A stretch of 64,000 nt of DNA from Mustelus asterias (Eukaryota): NCBI RefSeq assembly GCF_964213995.1, contig NC_135813.1, positions 21,700,001 to 21,764,000 on the forward strand. The letters are read 5' to 3'. Positions within the stretch are counted from its first letter, which is position 1. Each line of letters opens with the position of its first letter. Shown here piece after piece: positions 50,195 through 63,197 of the stretch. A program made the translations under genes and the position numbers. The notes under the pieces were generated by a model. That model was given only the letters and a program-made list of their open reading frames with translations. It made no database searches and was not told the origin of the DNA.

Positions 50195-51797
50195 GCGGGA
50201 AAATGTTGTAACATTAGGCGTGATGTGACTCGTGGGAACGGCGCCCATTTTCGCGTCCATTCCCATTTTACCAAGAATAAAAATTTGGCACAATCAGGAG
50301 CCTGCCCAGAATGGGCACAATGTCAATTTGCATTCATCATAATGTAATTAGTGAGCTTCACTCCCAATCGTCCCAGCTCACCTGCCTTAACCACCTCGTT
50401 CACTGCAGCCGGATCGGTCAGGAAAGCACCTCATGTATAAAAGTCGCATTCAAGTACTTGAGCAGTGATGGTGAACGAAGAGGTAAGTCTCTGTGTTCAA
50501 ACTGCTCCGACTTGCTCAGCGGGGTTGTTTTGTGGCAGCTATGTTGTGTTTCAGCTGGGCGGGCTGCAAGTGTGCGGGTGATGGGGGACTGTTGTTGTTG
50601 TTTACAGGGTCCAACCTCAGACTCTCAGCACGGACCCGGGTCAGAGCGCTGACTCTGGGTCCTAGTGCTGGCAGCAGCAAGCACTGTTGCAGATGGGGGA
50701 TGGGCTGGAAACTCTCTGAAGGGGCAGTACTGCAGCGACAGGACTTGTCAAGCAGCGCTGTCTGTGGCCAATACTGCATGGGTTCTGGGTGTGTGTTTGT
50801 GAGGGGGAATGGAGGGGGCTATGTTGCCATTCTGGGACCTGTGGGGTGGTGTGGGGATTGTGTTGCTGGCGGTCAATGGGGGTATGGCGAGTGTATGTTG
50901 CTGGTGCACTGTGGGATGGGGGAATGGAGGGTCTGTGTTGCCGGGGCAGGGGTGAGCAGAGTTCTTTAACCTCTCCGTCTGTCTCTCCCCTTCTCTAAAT
51001 GCCCCCTCAGATTCATGAGATGGCTTTTGCGATGCAACCCATTGATCTTGCTGTTCTTTTGGTTGCTGCTGGAGCTGAGGAGGAGGAGCAGGAGGGTGAA
51101 TTGCAGACAAAGGAGGCCCAGGCCTTACCGCTCGCAGGAGGAGAGGGAGATGGCCACCGGATGCAGGATGTGGCCACCATTCACCCCGAGAGGGGTGGTG
51201 AGCAGGAGAAGGAGGGAGTGGAGACCCCAGCAGTTCCGCACATGAGTGTCCTTTGAGCAACTGTTGGACATCGCGTGCCGCTGACAGCTCCAGAAGGAGA
51301 CAGTGCGACACCTGTGCCATTTGCTGCAGGACCTGGCACCTCAGAGGAGGGGGAGGGGGAAGGGGGGGCACCCACTCCCGGTGGTTGTGAAAGTGACAGC
51401 CGCCTTAAACATTTATGCCACTGGGTCCCTTCAGACCACCAGTGGAGGCCTCTGTGGCATTTCCCAACCATCCGTCCACAAGTGTGTGAAGGGGGTCACA
51501 GATGCCCTGTATGCCCAGGCTGGCCAGTAGATCAAATTTGACCTGGACCAGGCCCAGCAGGAAGCCCGGGCTGCAGGATTTGCAGCCATCACGGGGATGC
51601 CAAATGTGCAGGGGGCTATAGACTGCACCCACGTCACCCTCAAGGCCCCGGTGAAGAATCCAGGAAGATTTATGAACAGAAAGGGCTTCTACTCAATAAA
51701 TGTGCAGTTGGTGTGTGACTATCAACTGGATATCATGCACGTCTGCGCCAGACACCCCTGCAGCATGCATGACAACTTCATATTGAGGAGCTCCAAT
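50195..51797 (+). mobile_element. PIF/Harbinger transposon remnant with HARBI1-like DDE transposase pseudogene (3'-truncated)
   Basis: KVTAALNIYATGSLQ..GISQPSVHKCV, GMPNVQGAIDCTHV, NRKGFYSINVQLVCD, HPCSMHD; in-frame stops and frameshifts. Confidence 0.9.
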
Positions 51798-52028
51798 TAG
51801 GTATGGTGATGAAAAAATGTTGGTCAAACCAGTAAAGTGATTTGAGCAAACATTTTAAGATTGCTCTAGATTATGTAATGTTTCTATGCTGCAGCATTCT
51901 ATGATGCTATGGCTTTATGTCACATGGACTTACCACGGTGGTTGGTTTTCATGCTGTCTTGTGTCAGGAAAACCCAACAATGATTCAGGCGTAGGTTTGT
52001 CCATGTGAATCCTTGCAAGACATTCATT

Positions 52029-52154
52029 TGCTGGAATTTTACCGCCTCATCCGCCCGAGGCTCGTAAGATCCCGCCCAAGGCCAATGGAGAATGCTGTTT
52101 TGCGAGCCTCACCTGCCCCGATTCTGGGGCAGGCATGCCAGAAAAATTCCGGCC
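52029..52154. mobile_element. 126-bp MITE, same family as 3188-3313
   Basis: TIRs tgctggaattttacc / gaaaaattccggcc; internal ctcgtaagatcccgcccaaggccaatgg is the reverse complement of the 3188 copy. Confidence 0.8.
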
Positions 52155-53054
52155 ATAATCTTCAAAAAGATATCAAGAGAGACAGTGTGTGGAAAATGAG
52201 CCACATTGTTCTAGTCAAATCGGGAAAACCAGAGGCCCAGTCAATTCGGAATACAATTGTATGGACGTGCGATGGATTATTCTCCCTTCATGTTAAACTA
52301 GATGAAGAGTTTTATTTCAGGGTAAACAGCAAAAAAACTCTTCAAACTTTCTTCTGTTACTAAGTTGTCAGCCTGTCTAAGAAAGGCCATTGAGGTAGAA
52401 CGTGGAAAGCGAAAATTACATTGAGGCAATATTGAGATTTGAATTCTGTTACATCTTTGCGTTGGCTGCATGTAACACTAATTCATGATGAGTTTAATGC
52501 TATCACTGCCTGCAGTATGTTTGATGCCAATATGCCATTACTCTCTGTCTCTTAACTTACCAATCATACCAAATAACTCTTTGGTGGTAGTTTTATACTG
52601 GATAGATATAGCTTTATGTAGGTTGTTATTTAGTTATTTTCATTATTTTATGCATAGTGACTTGTAAGGGTAGGTATTGAGTGCAGCTTTGACTTTGCAT
52701 ATTCTTCAAGCCTGGCGTTGTGGCTGGGATGTTACAGATCCATTATGTTGCAACATGTTGAAAAGCCACAGCTGTAAACCGGTATGTGGCAAATATCCCT
52801 CTTGGATATTGGCTTCATGTGAGGCAATAATGCAAAGATTCTCACTTCAAACCATCCAGAATGAATAAATTGTTTCTTATTTTATCAGTCAAGGTAATTG
52901 AGGAAACAGAGGTCTTGCCAGACATAAAATATTGTAAACATAATTTGTTTTCCTTATGACGGAAGTTGAAGTAACCGAATGAAACCTTGCTGAATTCTGG
53001 GGTTAAATATCAGATATATTGTTCAAGGTGATTGTCAAAACATTCTCATTATCA

Positions 53055-53860
53055 AACCAGCCATCTAAATACTGTGGCTACAAGAGCACGGGCTGGGAAT
53101 TCTGCAGTGAGTATCTCACCTCCTGACTCCCCAAAACCTGTCCACCATCTACAAGGTATAAGTCAGGAGGGTGATGGAATACACTCCATTTGCCTGGACA
53201 ATGGCAGTTCCAACAACAAGAAGCTCGGTACCATCCATGACAAAGCAACCCGCTTTATTGGCATCTCTTCCTGCACCTTTAGCATTAATTTCCTCCATCA
53301 CTGACACACAATGGCAGCAGCGTGTACTATCTACAAGATGCACTGTAGCAACTCATCAAGGTCTCTTTAACAACCCTTGCTGCGTAAAAATCATAGAATC
53401 ATAGAAACCCTACAGTGCAGAAGGAGGCCATTCGGCCCATCGAGTCTGCACCGACCACAATCCCACCCAGGCCCTACCCCCACATTTTTACCCGCTAATC
53501 CCTCTAACCTATGCATCCCAGGACTCTAAGGGGCAATTTTTTTTTAACCTGGCCAATCAACCTAACCCGCACATCTTTGGACAACCCTTCTCGGTTGGGG
53601 GCAGGCTCCCCTTGTGTCTGTGAGGCGGAGTCTGCTGTATCTTTTGGGGCGTTGGTCCCCCATGTGTGTGTGTGTGTGGGGGTTGTTGCTGAGTTGGCTA
53701 TTGGATACTGGGGCATCCTCGGAACTCTCTTCCAAACAGTGCCATGTGGGTGTATCTACACCACGCGGACTGCAGCAGGGAGGTGGCTCACCACCACCAC
53801 CTTATAAAGGATGGGCAATAAATGCTGCCCTAGCCAACAACACCAAAATCAGCGTGAATA
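53055..53860 (+). mobile_element. 3' fragment of the SINE-headed LINE family, interrupted by a SINE (53389-53582, minus) and templated filler
   Basis: aatactgtggctacaagagc..actcaccaccacc..gggcaataaatgctg match 41858-42440 and 62360-62930. Confidence 0.85.
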
Positions 53861-53989
53861 TGGCTCACCCTTTGATATAAAATCACTTTTTTGTTACCAT
53901 CTCATTTGCTCTGAGATGACAAGATGGCTTAGTGGAAGAATATCTAAATCTGCTTTCTACCTCATTTTTATATTTGTATGTTACATTTG

Positions 53990-54725
53990 AGCTGTGATTT
54001 TGTGCCCATGTTCATCATATGGCAAAATATCGCGAGATTTAAAAAGAGTATCTTGCCAGCGTGAATTTGTTTTTTGAATCCTCCCACAACCCATTGGTGA
54101 CATTGCAAGATTCCTGCCCAGGAAGGTCAGGAACCTCATTTCAATACATTTAAATAGAATCAGTGAGCTTCCCCGCTGTATCGCCTTCCCACACATTAGG
54201 ATTTTGTCACATCAGTGAGGTTTACCACTGCTTTTTAAAAACGGGAACCAGGCGAATGGAACCCGCCAGGGACACAAAGGTAAGTTTAGCCCCTAGGGGG
54301 AGAGGGACATGCCACGGCAGTACCCTGGCATTCCCCCTGGGTCAGGAGGCAGTGCCAGTGGTGGCACTCTAGTGGGTGGGTCCCCCTTCTCGGTTGGGGG
54401 CAGGCTCCCCTTGTGTCTGTGAGGCGGAGTCTGCTGTATCTTTTGGGGCGTTGGTCCCCCATGTGTGTGTGTGTGTGTGGGGGGGGGTTGTTGCTGAGTT
54501 GGCTATTGGATACTGGGGCATCCTTTAAAAATGGGGCCCTGATCTTGGGATTCCCGGGTGCCGATTTTTATTTTCCAGCCCCGCCTTGCCAGCGTGACAG
54601 CCTGAGCTGCAGCTCCAGATTTATTCTGCACAGAATGCTGGATTATCTGGAGCGTAAAGCCTTAGAGCTGCACACCAGTTTCCTTGCATCAGCTGGCACT
54701 CTGCGTAGAGAATGGAAAATGTCTC
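53990..54725. mobile_element. non-autonomous Harbinger-like element
   Basis: agctgtgattttg start; GC-rich interior similar to 33787-34455; source of the 135-bp copy at 53585. Confidence 0.45.
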
Positions 54726-55013
54726 TCTTGGTTTTTTAAGTTTAACAATTCTCACTTGTTTGCCTCAACTAATTCTAGGAAATTAGCTTAAATCCTTGAG
54801 GATTGCATTCAGTTTGGTTCACTCTAACCTGAATCTAACTTGATCTGCTCAATTGATCTGCATTGCTTGAAGCAGTTGCCATGTGATCCGCCTATCACCC
54901 GAAGGATAAAGCTCTTATAATCAAAAGGTAAAACATTTGAAAAGCTTACACTGAAGCTTTAACCAGCAAACTGTTTTTTTTTTGGCTTGACAGTATTTCT
55001 GTCTTTATAGACT

Positions 55014-55283
55014 TCATAGAATCTGCAGTGTGGAAGGAGGCCATTTAGCCCACTAAATCTGCACCGACAACAATCCCACCCAGGCCGTATCCCCGTAACC
55101 CCACATATTTACCTTCCTAATCCCCCTGACACCAAGGGGCAATTTAGCATGGCCAATCAACCTAATCCGCACATCTTTGGAGTGTGGGAGGAAACCAGAG
55201 CACCCGGAGGAAACCCACACAGTCACCCGAGGCCGGGATTGAACCCGGGTCACTGGCGCTGTGAGGCAGCAGTGCTAACTACT
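55014..55283 (-). mobile_element. HE1-like V-SINE with internal deletion
   Basis: Same tail and head segments as 44896-45214; the head appears to continue at ~55400 after a short insert. Confidence 0.85.
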
Positions 55284-56699
55284 GATTTGATTTATTATTG
55301 TCCCAGGTATTAGTATAGAGTGAAAAGTATTTTTTTCTTGCGCGCTATACAGACAAAGCATACCGTTCATAGAGAAGGAAACGAGACAGTGCAGAATGTA
55401 GTGCCACCATGTGTCTTTTTCCTGTTGGTAAAAAAATTAGTGCAGTTATCAAAATGTTTTCTGCCCAGTGTGTATCTTGTCACATTCGGATAGTATTTTT
55501 ATCTGCATGATTCAATGCCTTTTAAAAATTCTTCCCTATATTTTTTGACAGCCTGTGGTAGTATGGCCCCATTTTAAAATATATTCTTTGCAGTCAATTT
55601 TTGATAGTGCCTTTCTCAACCCTGTGACCTGTGTTTAAAGACAATCAATCCTGGTCTCATTCTCTATTGACAAGTTAGCAATCAAGCTTTAGGAGCACTC
55701 GAGAGCAGTCCAGTTGAACAAATGGTCACACAAAGTAATTTGTTTTAAAAATAGGAAATAAATGCAGTTTAACATAGCATGTAGTCGAGGGTGGGGACAG
55801 AATGAACTCACTCACGGATTTAGGCATAATTCCTATCTAGTGAACCCCCTATGCTGAGATTAAAAGAATGTTTACTTCCTGCCATTCTACTTAAACATTT
55901 TCAAGGATGTTTGATAGGCACATAAATTCTGTACCTTGTGATCTTTATTCCACACATAAAGGTGAGGCAGATTGGAATCTTAGGTTATCCTCACGAATGA
56001 AGCAGCTACTGTAATTTTTAAAAATTGTGTTTTTTTTTCATTATAGTCTTATAGATCACTAAGCTTCAGAGAAAGGAATGGATCTTATATTGGGCTTTAC
56101 CTTGCTGTAAAAATAATGGTTGTATTAACAGCACACACTGTTATGAGTTTGCAAGTCAGAGTTACAAATCTTCAGAATTCACAGTTGATTCACGTCACTC
56201 CGTTGCTTGCCCAGTCTCCCCATTGCCTTTAAGAACTTGCTTATTAATTGTCCATTAAATTTGCTGCAGGAAGTTAAATCTGGCATCCGCATAAAGACAT
56301 TTTTAATAATGAGGTATTACCAATCAATCTCTTCAGCCCAGAAAGGGAACAATTTAAATTCTGGAGTCTCATTCCTTCAGTTTAAAAATTGTTCTCGGAG
56401 ATTTTTCAAAAATTATACATTTTTAAATTTTTCGTACTTTTTCTAAAAAAATTTTCTCTCTCCTAGTCCATTCTTTTTCTTCTCTTTATTTCTCTTTTCT
56501 TTGCCCAATTCAGGAATTCAGATAAAATCCAGCAATTTAATGTTCACAGATTAATTGGGTTACGATAATAAATTTTGATCTGGACCAAGGGCTTTATTTT
56601 TTTTGAGTTTGATTAGTTACTGTAATCCATCCCCTTTTTATTTTAAATGTATTTATCTCATTATTCATCTCATCATTCAATATCATATCTATCTGTTCT

Positions 56700-57430
56700 A
56701 TCTCACTGGTAATTATTTAACATAGTATTTCAGCCATCTCTCTGTGGTGTTCTCATGTCCATTCCTTAATAGTTCAGTTCCCATCACAGCCTTGTTTTTT
56801 TCAATTCAAGTGCCTGTAAAATATTTTGCTATTTTTGTTTTATGTGCCTTGATAATTTAATTTCATAGTTCCTCTTTGTCCTCCCAATTTTTTTTTTCTC
56901 CTAATGTCTTTGTATTTTCTTTCATCATGCACTCCTCTGCTGTTTGTCTGCCTAACATCTGCCTCTTTCCTGAACCTCAGTTGTTTTCATATGATATTCA
57001 TTCATGGAGTTCTGGCAACTACTGTTTATTTTGTTCTTTCCTTTCAGGGGAATATATTTTTCCTGCACTCTATCAAACATCATTTTGAATGTTTTCCATT
57101 GTTGTTCTGTATCACTGTTTCTCTATATTGTTGTCCATTTTGTTTTACCAAGTTCTATTCTCAGCCTCTCAAAATCAGCATTCTCCAATCTATTAACTTG
57201 TTTTCATTATACTTAGGTCCTTCTCTAACATCATCTTAAAGAATATTATCTTATGATCACTATTGCCTAGAGGTTCCCCTCATTTTACTACTTGCCTGTT
57301 CTGCCTCATTCCCTTTACCAGATCCAGTAGCGAATCTTCCCTTCTTATTGGGCTAGAAAGGAGTGTTGTACACGTGACTCCATTCCCCCTTACTCTTTTG
57401 GCCAATTAATATCAGAATAATTGAAATTCC
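56700..57430 (-). mobile_element. very degenerate CR1 ORF2 N-terminal region
   Basis: Minus strand contains LLDLVKGNEA and LGNSDH-like segments. Confidence 0.45.
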
Positions 57431-57912
57431 CCAATATTATTCTATGACCACAATTATACACGCCTCCCCCCCCCAGGGTTTTCTTTTAGCCATCCCAACC
57501 ATGCAATGATTCTACGCTGGGATGGATAAGGCCTGTGACAGGAAGACCAACCTTGCCCCAGTTGAGGCCCTTAAGTGGCCAATTAGTGGACACTTAAGGG
57601 CCATTTCCCATCAAGCCTCAGTTTTTAGGCTGCTGGAAGGATTGAACTTCTCAGTGTGGGAAGCCTGAAAATGTACAGACTTACATCTCAGGCAGGAAGT
57701 GGGGGTGAGCGGTAAGAGCTACCATCAGAAGTCAGATGCTCCCATAAAGCCTCTGGACCTGCCAGGAAGCGAGACCCCCCCCCCCCCCCCCCCCCAACAC
57801 CTGAAAAATTCAGGCCCATGTTTTTTTTTACCTAATTCCTTAATTCATCGGCATATTTCTCCTGCCCCCTCATGGGTGGTCTGTATACTACACCTTTATA
57901 GTGCGATGGATT

Positions 57913-59130
57913 ATAGTCATAGAGTCATAGAGGTTTACAGCATGGAACAGGCCCTTCAGCCCAACTTGTCCATGCCGCCCTTTTTTAAAACCCCTAAACT
58001 AATCCCAATTGCCCACATTTGGCTCATATCCCTCGATACCCATCGTACCCATGTAACTGTCTAAATGCTTTTTAAAAGAAAATTGTACCCGCCTCTACTA
58101 CTACCTCTGGCAGCTTGTTCCAGACACTCACCACCCTCTGTGTGAAACAATTGCCCCTCTGGACACTTTTGTATCTCTCCTCTCTCATCTTAAACCTATG
58201 CCCTCTAGTTTTAGACTCCCCTACCTTTGGGAAAAGATATTGACTACCTACCTTGTCTATACCCCTCATTATTTTATAGACCTTTATAAGGTCACCCCTC
58301 AGCCTCCTACGCTCCAGAGAAAAGAGTCCCAGTCTATCCAGCCTCTCCTTATAACTCAATCCATCAAGTCCCGGTAGCATCCTAGTAAATCTTTTCTGCA
58401 CTCTTTCTAGTTTAATAATATCCTTTCTATAATAGGGTGACCAGAATTGCACACAGTATTCCAAGTGTGACCATATCAATGTCTTGTACAACTTCAACAA
58501 GACGTCCCAACTCCTGTATTCGATGTTCTGACCGATGAAACCAAGCATGCCGAATGCCTTCTTCACCACTCTGTCCACCTGTGACTCAATTTTCAAGGAG
58601 CTATGAACATGTACTCCCAGATCTCTTTGTTCTGTAACTCTCCCCAACACCCTACCATTAACTGAGTAAGTCCTGCCCTGGTTCAATCTACCAAAATGCA
58701 TCACCTCGCATTTGTCTAAATTAAACCCCATCTGCCATTCGTCAGCCCACTGGCCCAATTGATCAATATCCCGCTGCAATTGGAGATAACCTTCCTCACT
58801 GTCCACCATGCCACCAATCTTGGTGTCATCTGCAAACTTACTAACCATGCCCCCTATATTCTCATCCAAATCATTAATATAAATGACAAATAACAGTGGG
58901 CCCTGTCACTGGTCACAGGCTTCCAGTTTGAAAAGCAACTCTCCATAACCACCCTCAGAAGCCAATTTTGTATCCATTTAGATACCTCACCCTGGATCCT
59001 GTGAGATTTAACTTTATGCAACAACCGATCATGCGGTACCTTGTCAAAGGCCTTGTTAAAGTCCATGTAGACAACATCAACTGCACTGCCCTCATCTACC
59101 TTCTTGCTTACCCCTTCAAAAAACTCAATT
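57913..59130 (-). mobile_element. young 5'-truncated CR1 LINE
   Basis: 265-aa open ORF (SKFADDTKIGG..LEYCVQFWSPYY..) plus VYMDFNKAFDKVPH; (ctatgact) tail. Confidence 0.95.
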
Positions 59131-59411
59131 AGCATATTAGATGGGTTTAGTGATGTTTCACAAGTGGGCAACAGGGTAAATGCATCGTTGTGTGTGGTCA
59201 GGAAGGTCACAGATTTGATCCTAAGTTAGCTGGTCTGGATGGAGTATTGGATTGTGCCTTGACTAAAAGGCAAACAGACACTCTGCTGTGAGGATGTTGG
59301 TTGAGCACAGATTGGTCTCAGTGATAGCTCTCCTTGGACTGAGCATGGACTAAGTCCCACTGTTGGTGCTCACAGGTTAAGAATGGAAGAGACTGCAGGA
59401 ATCCATAGAAG

Positions 59412-59735
59412 TGTGGTGGCACGGTGGCATAATGGTTAGCACTGCTGCCTCACAGCACCAGGGACCCGGGTTTGATTCCCGGCTTGGGTCACTGCCTGTG
59501 TGGAGTTTGCACGTTCTCCCCATGTCTGCATGGGTTTCCTCTGGGTGCTCCGGCTTCCTCCCACTCTCCAAAGATATGCAACTCAGGTGGATTGGCCGTG
59601 CTGAATTGTACTTAGTGTAAGGGGAACTAGCTCGGGTAAATACATGGGGTTATGGGGATAGGGTCTGGGTGGGATTGTGGTCGGTGTAGACTTGATGGAC
59701 TAAATGGCCTCCTTCTGCACTGTACGATTCTATGA
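59412..59735 (+). mobile_element. full-length HE1-like V-SINE
   Basis: ggcacggtggcataatggttagcactgctgcctcacagc, V domain, tail gattctatga. Confidence 0.9.
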
Positions 59736-59736
59736 T

Positions 59737-60016
59737 ACTGCAGCAGAAGTAGCTGAACCTGAACTACGCCAGGACTAACGAAGCAGGAATGGAACTACTC
59801 CAATAGGAGTAACTAGCCCAGATAGAAATACTCCAGAAGTAATTAATCAGGAGTAGGACTACTGCAGCAGAAGCAACCAACTCGGAATGAAACTATTCAG
59901 ATTGGAACTACACCAGGAGTAACTAACCCTGAGTTTGATGCTCCAGCAAGAGTAATAAATCTGGAGTGGAGGACCGGTAGCAGGAGTAACTCACCCAGTG
60001 CGGAACTCCTGCAACA
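59737..60016 (+). repeat. degenerate minisatellite, ~30-34-bp unit, about 9-10 copies
   Basis: Recurring ggaactactcca(gc)aggagtaactaaccc.gagt units. Confidence 0.75.
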
Positions 60017-61554
60017 TGACCCACTGTCTTCAGCAGAGTTGGAGAGGAAATAGGATTTAAATTATCAACCTGAGATAAAATGATTGAATTTGCTTTAACT
60101 GATGTGTTTTTTTCTGTGTTTTTGATAGGAAATTATTAAAATTGGTTTAAATGCACAAGGAACTGATTTTCACAGACCTGGAGTACATAATAATCCTAGT
60201 CAGAGTGTCCATCTGAGAATAGCAATAGTTCAGTGTGGTGGAAATTGACAAATGTACAGAGGCAAGTAGTTCTTGCTCTGAGGAACAGAGGAAGTAAGGT
60301 GTGTTTTAATGGTCCTTTTGACATTAGCTCACAGCCAGTGCTGAGATCAAGGCGTACAGCAACCAGATTGGAAACAGATTTAACTTCCTGGGATATATTG
60401 TTTCATTTAAGGGACAGTAATTCTGTCACTTTACAACTGACAAATGAGCAAGTAAGGCCAGCAGCGAACACTCACCCAATGTCATGCAATTGAGAATTAC
60501 TGACTGAACTGGCCTTCAACAAGGAGACTAATTTCTGCTGCTGAACAATAGGGGTTTGGGCACTTCTGCATTTACTGGATATGCAAGGGAAAACCTACAG
60601 AGGGAAGAGGAATGGGTTAGAGCAGACACTCATAAATGCAAATATGAGTTGTGGGATTTGCAGTCTACATCACTCAACAAAAAAACAGCTCTCTCACGCA
60701 TGCTGTTGTTAGTTGAAGGACTAAACCAAACTGATATCAGTGTTTTGTATCTCATATACAAAATGTGTTCATTTTTTGAACTGATTGGAGTGATCGCTGC
60801 ATCACAGCTGAGAAATGACTTCTGAGAAATATTCTAATACAAAGTTGTATCATGGCGAAGGTACAGGATTGCTACGAGTGAGCTGCAAAATTCATCATTC
60901 AGTAATTTCAACCAGGGTCTGGAGTTCCCAGTACATTGCACAGTATCTTAGGGGACAATTTGCCCAAAATCGGACAAGTCAGCAAAAAAGCAGGCAGATT
61001 TTTCAAGTGTAAATGATATCCAGTGCAAACTGAGTTTCCACAATCTTTTGCGTTGTTTCTGAAAAAAATCATCGTGCTGGAAATTGAAACTTCCTCCAAA
61101 ACTAACCATGTCCCCAGAATTAAACAATCACAATTCAATTTCCACTAACTATTGTGCCTGTTTGCAGGGCTTTGAGGAAGATCTGCAAATTAAGCTGATT
61201 CTTTAATGCGCAAGTTTACCAATAGGCACAATTTAAAAGCTTTTGGTTTTATTATATATATTATATATTTATAATTTACTAAGAATCAGCATTTTGTACT
61301 CCAATATAAGTAACGGACGTTCCTTTTTAAAAATTATTTTCGTGGCAGATTTTACTAATGGCAACATACAAATTGTTTTGAATGGAAAACTGAGAACAAA
61401 GAATTCTCAAAACTATTACTGATGTGCCTGAATCACGGAGTACATCCAAAGCTGGAACCCTACCCCACTTACCAGAAAAAGTTGTTTCACTTTCTTATGA
61501 AGTGGGATGAATGATTTGATTTAAAGTTATCTAATCTGACTGAAACTGTGTCGC

Positions 61555-61935
61555 TTTATTCTATTCTTCCATTGGAGGTGGGCATGTTGCTGGCATGGTC
61601 CATCCCGAATCACAGTGCTGTTAGGGAGGGGATTCCAGGGTCCCACAAAAGTGAAGGAACGGTGATGTAGGCTGGACTTTTCTGACCACTTCCCACCTGC
61701 GGGATCTTCCGGTCCTGCTGACAGTGCACGCCTGCAGCACGTTCCCCGGCAGTGGGGTTGGTGCAAACAAAGGGAAACTCCGTTGACAGCAGCGGGGCCT
61801 GAAGATCCTGCCGCCGGCTGGTGGGCTGCCTCCACTGCGGCGAAACATGCCGTGGAAAATCCGGCTATCGTTCCAAGTCCGGATGGTGTGTGGTTTAGAG
61901 GGGATCTCGCAGGTGTTGGTATGACTTCATGGGGG
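61555..61935 (-). mobile_element. LINE tail fragment (SINE-headed family) containing a 197-bp MITE (61670-61866)
   Basis: gtgaaggaacggtgatgta | ggctggacttttc...ggaaaatccggct | atcgttccaagtc: host sequence continues across the MITE. Confidence 0.75.
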
Positions 61936-62204
61936 TGGATATATAGTACAAAATATTCTAACGCTGCACCCCTTGGGTGAAGGGTAATAATTAGCACTGA
62001 GGTGGGAAACCTAATTTATCAAATGCTGTTTCCCGGACAAAAGGTCAAACTTATTTAAAATGAAGACTTAGATTTCAGCATTAATGTTTAAAAAAGAAAC
62101 TGATATTGCACAGGAAAGCATTCTCGTGGGCAAAGTAGTCTATGGGAGACAGTTGTTACACTCTGAAAACTTAGATACTTTAAGCTGGATTTACCTGCAC
62201 AGTA

Positions 62205-62972
62205 ACATTCGTGCCACACAAATGCCAGGCAATGACCATCACCAATAAGAGACATTCTAATCATCGCCCTTTGACATTCAATAGTGTTACCATCCCTGAA
62301 TCCCCCACTGTCAACATTCTTAGGCTTACCATTGACCAGAAACTCAACTGGACTCGCCAGATAAACACAGTGGCTACAAGAACAGGTCAGAGGCTAGAAA
62401 TAATGTGGCGAGTAACTCACCTCCTGACTCCCTAAAGCCTGTCCTCCATCTACAAGGCACAAGTCAGGAGTGTAATGGAATACTCTCCATTTGCCTGGAT
62501 CGATGCGGCTCCAACAACACTCAATAAACTCAACACCATCCAGAACAAAGTAGCCTGCTTGATTGGCACCACATCCACTGTCAACACCACCAATGCTCAG
62601 TAGCAGCAGTGTGTACCATCTATAAGATGCACTGCAGCCAATCACCAAAGATCCTTAGACAGTACTTTCCAAACCCACAACCACTTCCATCTAGAAGGAC
62701 AAGGGCAGCAGATAAATGGGAACATCACCACCTGCAAGTTCCTTTCTAAGCCACTCACCATCCTGACCTGAAAATATATCGCCATTCCTTCGCAGTCGCT
62801 GGGTCAAAATCCTGGAATTCTCTCCCTAACGGCATTTTGGGTCAACCCACAGCACGTGGACTGCAGCGATTCAAGAAGGCAGCTCACCACCACCTTCTCA
62901 AGGGCAACTAGGGATGGGCAATAAATGCTGGCCAGCCAGCGATGCCCAAGTCCCATGAATGAATTTTTAAAA
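62205..62972 (+). mobile_element. 5'-truncated copy of the SINE-headed LINE family (ORF2 C-terminus and tail)
   Basis: PHKCQAMTI..NILRLTIDQKLNWT.., VRSVMEYSP; tail gggcaataaatgctggccagccagcgatgccc. Confidence 0.88.
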
Positions 62973-63197
62973 ATTGGCCCTGGCCAAGAGCAGGATTGTA
63001 GCTAAAATACAGCAAAATTAAATGGCCAGGCCTGCCATACTCTGAGCTCCATTTTCCTCCCCCACTCCTTCCCCATCATCAGTCCATTACATATGCCCTG
63101 CTGGTGAGGGGAGAGCCCAACTACCCAATTTGTTCTCCCTTATTACTGCTTATTGTTTATGGAAGGTGATAGTGGGGTTTGGGTCGCAATCATAAAT

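Noticed and set aside
50748-51371. 207-aa Pro/Gln-rich minus-strand ORF
   Set aside because: Antisense shadow of the GC-rich Harbinger region
51303-51800. Domesticated HARBI1 gene
   Set aside because: In-frame stops, frameshifts and 3' truncation indicate a dead transposon copy
59737-60016. CRISPR-like array
   Set aside because: Eukaryotic context, degenerate units, no unique spacers, no cas genes
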